Below, piece after piece: positions 60,453 through 64,000 of a DNA stretch of 64,000 nucleotides. The position numbers and the translations under genes were made by a program. The stretch comes from an uncultured Planctomycetota bacterium (GTDB lineage Bacteria > Planctomycetota > Planctomycetia > Isosphaerales > Isosphaeraceae): positions 1-64,000 of the forward strand of contig CAWJTV010000043.1 of assembly GCA_963845755.1 (NCBI GenBank), read 5' to 3'. The first letter of the stretch is position 1, and each line of letters opens with the position of its first letter. The notes beneath the pieces were generated by a model. The model worked only from the letters and a program-made list of their open reading frames with translations, was not told where the DNA came from and ran no database searches.

Positions 60453-63342
60453 ATGCGGCCGAGGTGGCTCGCAGCGATCATCGCAACGCTTTCCGTCGCG
60501 GTACTGGCGACCTGGGGAACTCTGCGCGCCGTGGAGGACCGGCGTTGCCGGGGCCTGCTCGAGGAGGCCCGGCGCGAGATGGACGGCGGACGGTACGGTG
60601 CGGCCCGGGCGAGGCTGAATGAGCTGTTGTCCCGTCGGCCGGAATGGGACGAGGCCCGATACAACCTGGGCGTCTGCGAACAGTCCCGCCAGCGCGTCCA
60701 GGCGGCATGGGACGCATTTGAGCGGGTGCCGAAAGACTCGCCGTGGGCCGGCTGGAGCGACGTGCGTCGATCGCGGATCGCCATGGACCGCGGCCGTTTT
60801 TCCGACTGTGAAGATCTCCTGTTCCGCGCGACGGCGCGGCCAGGACCGCACAGGGCGGAAGCCAGGTGGGGCTTGGTGCTGCTCCTTCGAATGCAAGGGC
60901 GATTCGACGAGGCAAAGCGGTGTCTCCAGGCGGGTTTCGACCAGATGAGTTCGCCCGTGACAACGCTCCAGCGCCTTTACAAGATCGATAACGACCCCTT
61001 CCCGATCGAGGGAGTCCGCCGAGGACTGGACCGTGCCGGCGCAGGCACCCGATGACGATCGCGTCTGGCTGGCCCGGGCTCACCTGGCGATCCGGCTCGG
61101 CGATTTCGAAGAGGCCCGGCAGTGGCTCGATCGCTGCCTGGCCCGCCGTCCTGAGGACCCGGCTGTCTGGCGGATGAAGCTGCAATGGGCTCTCGCCTGC
61201 GACCGACCCGAGGAGGTGAGGACCGTCCTACCGCACCTCCCAGCCGACGAGGAACCGGTGGACCGGGTCCTGTCCCTTCGGGTCTGGATGGCCGCGCACC
61301 AGCACGACCGCGAGACCCAGCGCCGCGCCTTGAAAACCTGGGTCGAGCTCGATCCGACCAACGGAGTGGCGCGAGAACAGCTCGCCGAGCTGGAACGGGC
61401 TGATGGTCATTTTCGCGAGGCCGATGCCCAGCGAAGCTCGGTCCGTGCTCTGGACCAGCTCCGCAAAGAATACACACGACGACTCGCCACGACATCGCCC
61501 CGGTCGCACGCCAACGAGCTCGCACGGCTGGCGAGTCAGCTCGGCCGCCCGTTCGACGCCGACAGGTGGATGGAACTCTCGGGCCAGAAAACGCCCAACG
61601 CCTCTCCATCGCCCCGCGATCCGGTCGTTGTTCCGGGCCCTGGACCGCGAACAACATTGGCCGACCTCCTCTCGGACATCGGATCAGCCGAAAACGTAGA
61701 TCAGGCGGTCGCATCGCAGCGGGTCCTGCCGCGATTCATCGATTATGCCTCCCAGTCGGGCTTGGCTTTCGTCCATGAGAACGGTGGTGCGCGGGCGCGG
61801 CTCATTCCTCCCGTCACGGCCAGCGGCGGCGTGGGACTGATCGATTTCGATGGTGACGGCTGGCTCGACGTTTACCTGGTTCAGGGTGGGCCGTTCCCTC
61901 CGCGGTCGAGGACATCCCGGACCGGCGATCGCCTCTTCCACAACCGGGGAAATGGGACCTTCGAGGACGCCACCGGCCCATCCGGGATCGGCTCGATGCT
62001 CGGGGGATACGGCCATGGAGTCACCGTCGGCGATTACGACAACGACGGCCGCCCCGACCTGTTCGTCACCCGGTGGAAATCCTATGCCCTCTATCGGAAC
62101 CGAGGTGATGGGACATTCGAGGACGTGACCGCGAAAGCCGGCCTGGAGGGCGATCGGGACTGGCCGACCTCGGCCGCTTTCGCCGACCTCGATGGCGATG
62201 GCGATCTCGACCTGTATGTTTGCCATTACATGAAGTGGGACGAGAACCAGACCAATACCTGCGCCGACCCGAACGACCCGACGATCTACCGATGTCTTCC
62301 GCTCGACTTCGAGGCCCTACCGGACCACCTGTTCCGCAATGACGGCGGCCGCTTCATGGACGTGACCGCGGAGGCGGGGATCGTGGACCGAAATGGTCGG
62401 GGACTGGGGGTGCTCGCGGCCGACCTCGACGAAGACGGCCGGATCGACCTGTTCGTCGCCAACGACATGACGGCCAACTACTGGTTCCGGAACCTCGGAG
62501 GGCTGCGTTTCGAGGAGGTGGCCCAAACCGCGGGAGTGGCCGCCAACGCGTCAGGTTCCTATCAAGCCGGGATGGGCGTGGCCTGCGGCGACCTGGATGG
62601 GGACGGCCACCTCGACCTGGCGGTCACGAACTTCTACAACGAGTTCGACCTCGTTCTTCCGGAACTTTGGCCAGGGCTTTTTCGGCGAGCAGGCCGCGGC
62701 CGTGGGAATCGCCGGTCCCAGCCGTTACGTCCTCGGTTTCGGGATCGCCTTTGTCGATGCCAACAACGACGGCTGGCCCGACCTGATCACCGCCAATGGC
62801 CACGTCCACGACGGCCGCCCCCAGTTCCCCTGGATGATGCCGACCCAACTTTTTCTCAACGACGGTCGCGGCAAGATGATGGACGTCACCAAGCGGTCCG
62901 GCCCTCCGTTTCAGGTTCCACGCATGGGCGCGGACTGGCCGTTGGAGACATCGATAACGACGGACGGCCCGATGTCATGGTCGTCTCTCAGAACGAACCG
63001 GTCGTCTTATTCCACAATCAGACCGACGGGGGCCATTTCCTCACCTTCCGCCTGGAGGGTTCCCCTTCCAATCGCGATGCCGTCGGTGCCTTGGTCTCGG
63101 TCCACTGCGAGGGACGCATCCGGATCGTCACCTCGTCTCGGAGGCGGAAGCTACCAGTCCGCTGGCGATCCGAGGTTCCATTTCGGACTGGGTGCAGTCC
63201 CGGCAAGTCGATCGGGTTGAGGTGCGGTGGCCCTCGGGACGCGTCGACCACTACACCAACCTCGCCGTCGATACGGGTTACCTGCTCCGCGAGGGTGCCT
63301 CCGCGGTCCGGTCCCCTGGCCGGATGGCGGTCGTTGCAATGA
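60453..63342 (+). CDS. TPR + FG-GAP/VCBS repeat + ASPIC/UnbV (CRTAC1-like) protein; several frameshifts
   Basis: N-terminal TM and TPRs; DFDGDGWLDVY, GDYDNDGRPDLFV repeats; SNRDAVGA, GGGSYQS, HFGLG, VRWPSG. Confidence 0.88.
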
Positions 63343-63547
63343 GCGATCCGGATCGTCGGCTCATGACACGTGATTCGATTTCGAAGGTTGGCCACAACCC
63401 GAAGGCCATCGAGAAGGCCCTTGCAAGATCCGGACAAAACGACCTGTCGCGGATCTCTTAATGCAATCCAGCCCGTTGACAACCTCGACAGGCGCCAGAA
63501 TCCACGGCGGAAATGCGAGACGATGTCCCTCCTCCGTGGGGGTCGCC

Positions 63548-64000
63548 ATGAAACGAATCGGGCTCTCGGTCACCTGCCTGATGGCCCTTGTCGCGATCGT
63601 CGCGATTGATACCGCGGTGATCCCGGCCCTCCAACGTGTGATAATCGCGTCGACACGGATTGGTCTGTTCTCGGCGCTGGCGATGGCGCATGTCCTGGCG
63701 CTTTGTCTGGTAATCGTGGTCTCGAGCCTTGTTCGTCGCGGTGAGGTTGCCCTCTCTCCCGTCATGTTTCTGTTATTCGGTGGTACGGCGATGCTGCTCC
63801 TTATCACCATCGCTGACCTGGCACCTCATTTCTTCTGGGCGTACGTGAACAACACGGCCGGCCTGCTGGATCCTCCAGGAAACTTCAGCATCGCCAATCT
63901 CGGGATCACCGAGCTCGCCTTCGTCCCGGCCGTACTCGTTTGCAGTGTGTTGACCCTGCCGCTCCTGGTTCCCGGGTGGCTCGCGGCCCGGGCAACTCGC
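63548..64000 (+). CDS. Membrane hypothetical protein, runs off the window end
   Basis: Open frame from ATG 63548 (MKRIGLSVTCLMALVAIVAID...) with several hydrophobic segments and no stop before 64000. Confidence 0.65.
   Translation, partial: MKRIGLSVTCLMALVAIVAIDTAVIPALQRVIIASTRIGLFSALAMAHVLALCLVIVVSSLVRRGEVALSPVMFLLFGGTAMLLLITIADLAPHFFWAYVNNTAGLLDPPGNFSIANLGITELAFVPAVLVCSVLTLPLLVPGWLAARATR

Overview
GC-rich bacterial chromosome segment, very likely a planctomycete (Isosphaeraceae-like): it carries a DUF1549/DUF1553 + DUF1501 pair, TIGR02999-type ECF sigma factor/Ser-Thr kinase pairs, an LExRxLL extracellular motif and an ASPIC/UnbV protein. The left end holds the 5' half of a group II intron (minus strand, 5' end at 475, EBS1-IBS1 pairing visible), followed by backbone genes. 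The main structure is a ~22 kb region (30014-52043) downstream of a minus-strand tRNA-Val(TAC). Four displaced copies of the tRNA 3' half divide it into four tandem elements of ~9.1, 6.4, 2.3 and 4.0 kb. All four keep an identically spaced ~145 bp end architecture (IHF-like YAA-N19-TTR box, CGTTT(T)CCAGG box, arm-like palindrome), yet none encodes a recognisable integrase. Cargo is signalling-biased: three Hanks kinases, two ECF sigmas and an AHL-lactonase-like enzyme. The right part holds a GNAT/M20/OSBS-NSAR operon, a Tat oxidoreductase and membrane proteins. About 20 genes are split by frameshifts, mostly net +1 where checked, probably long-read assembly errors.
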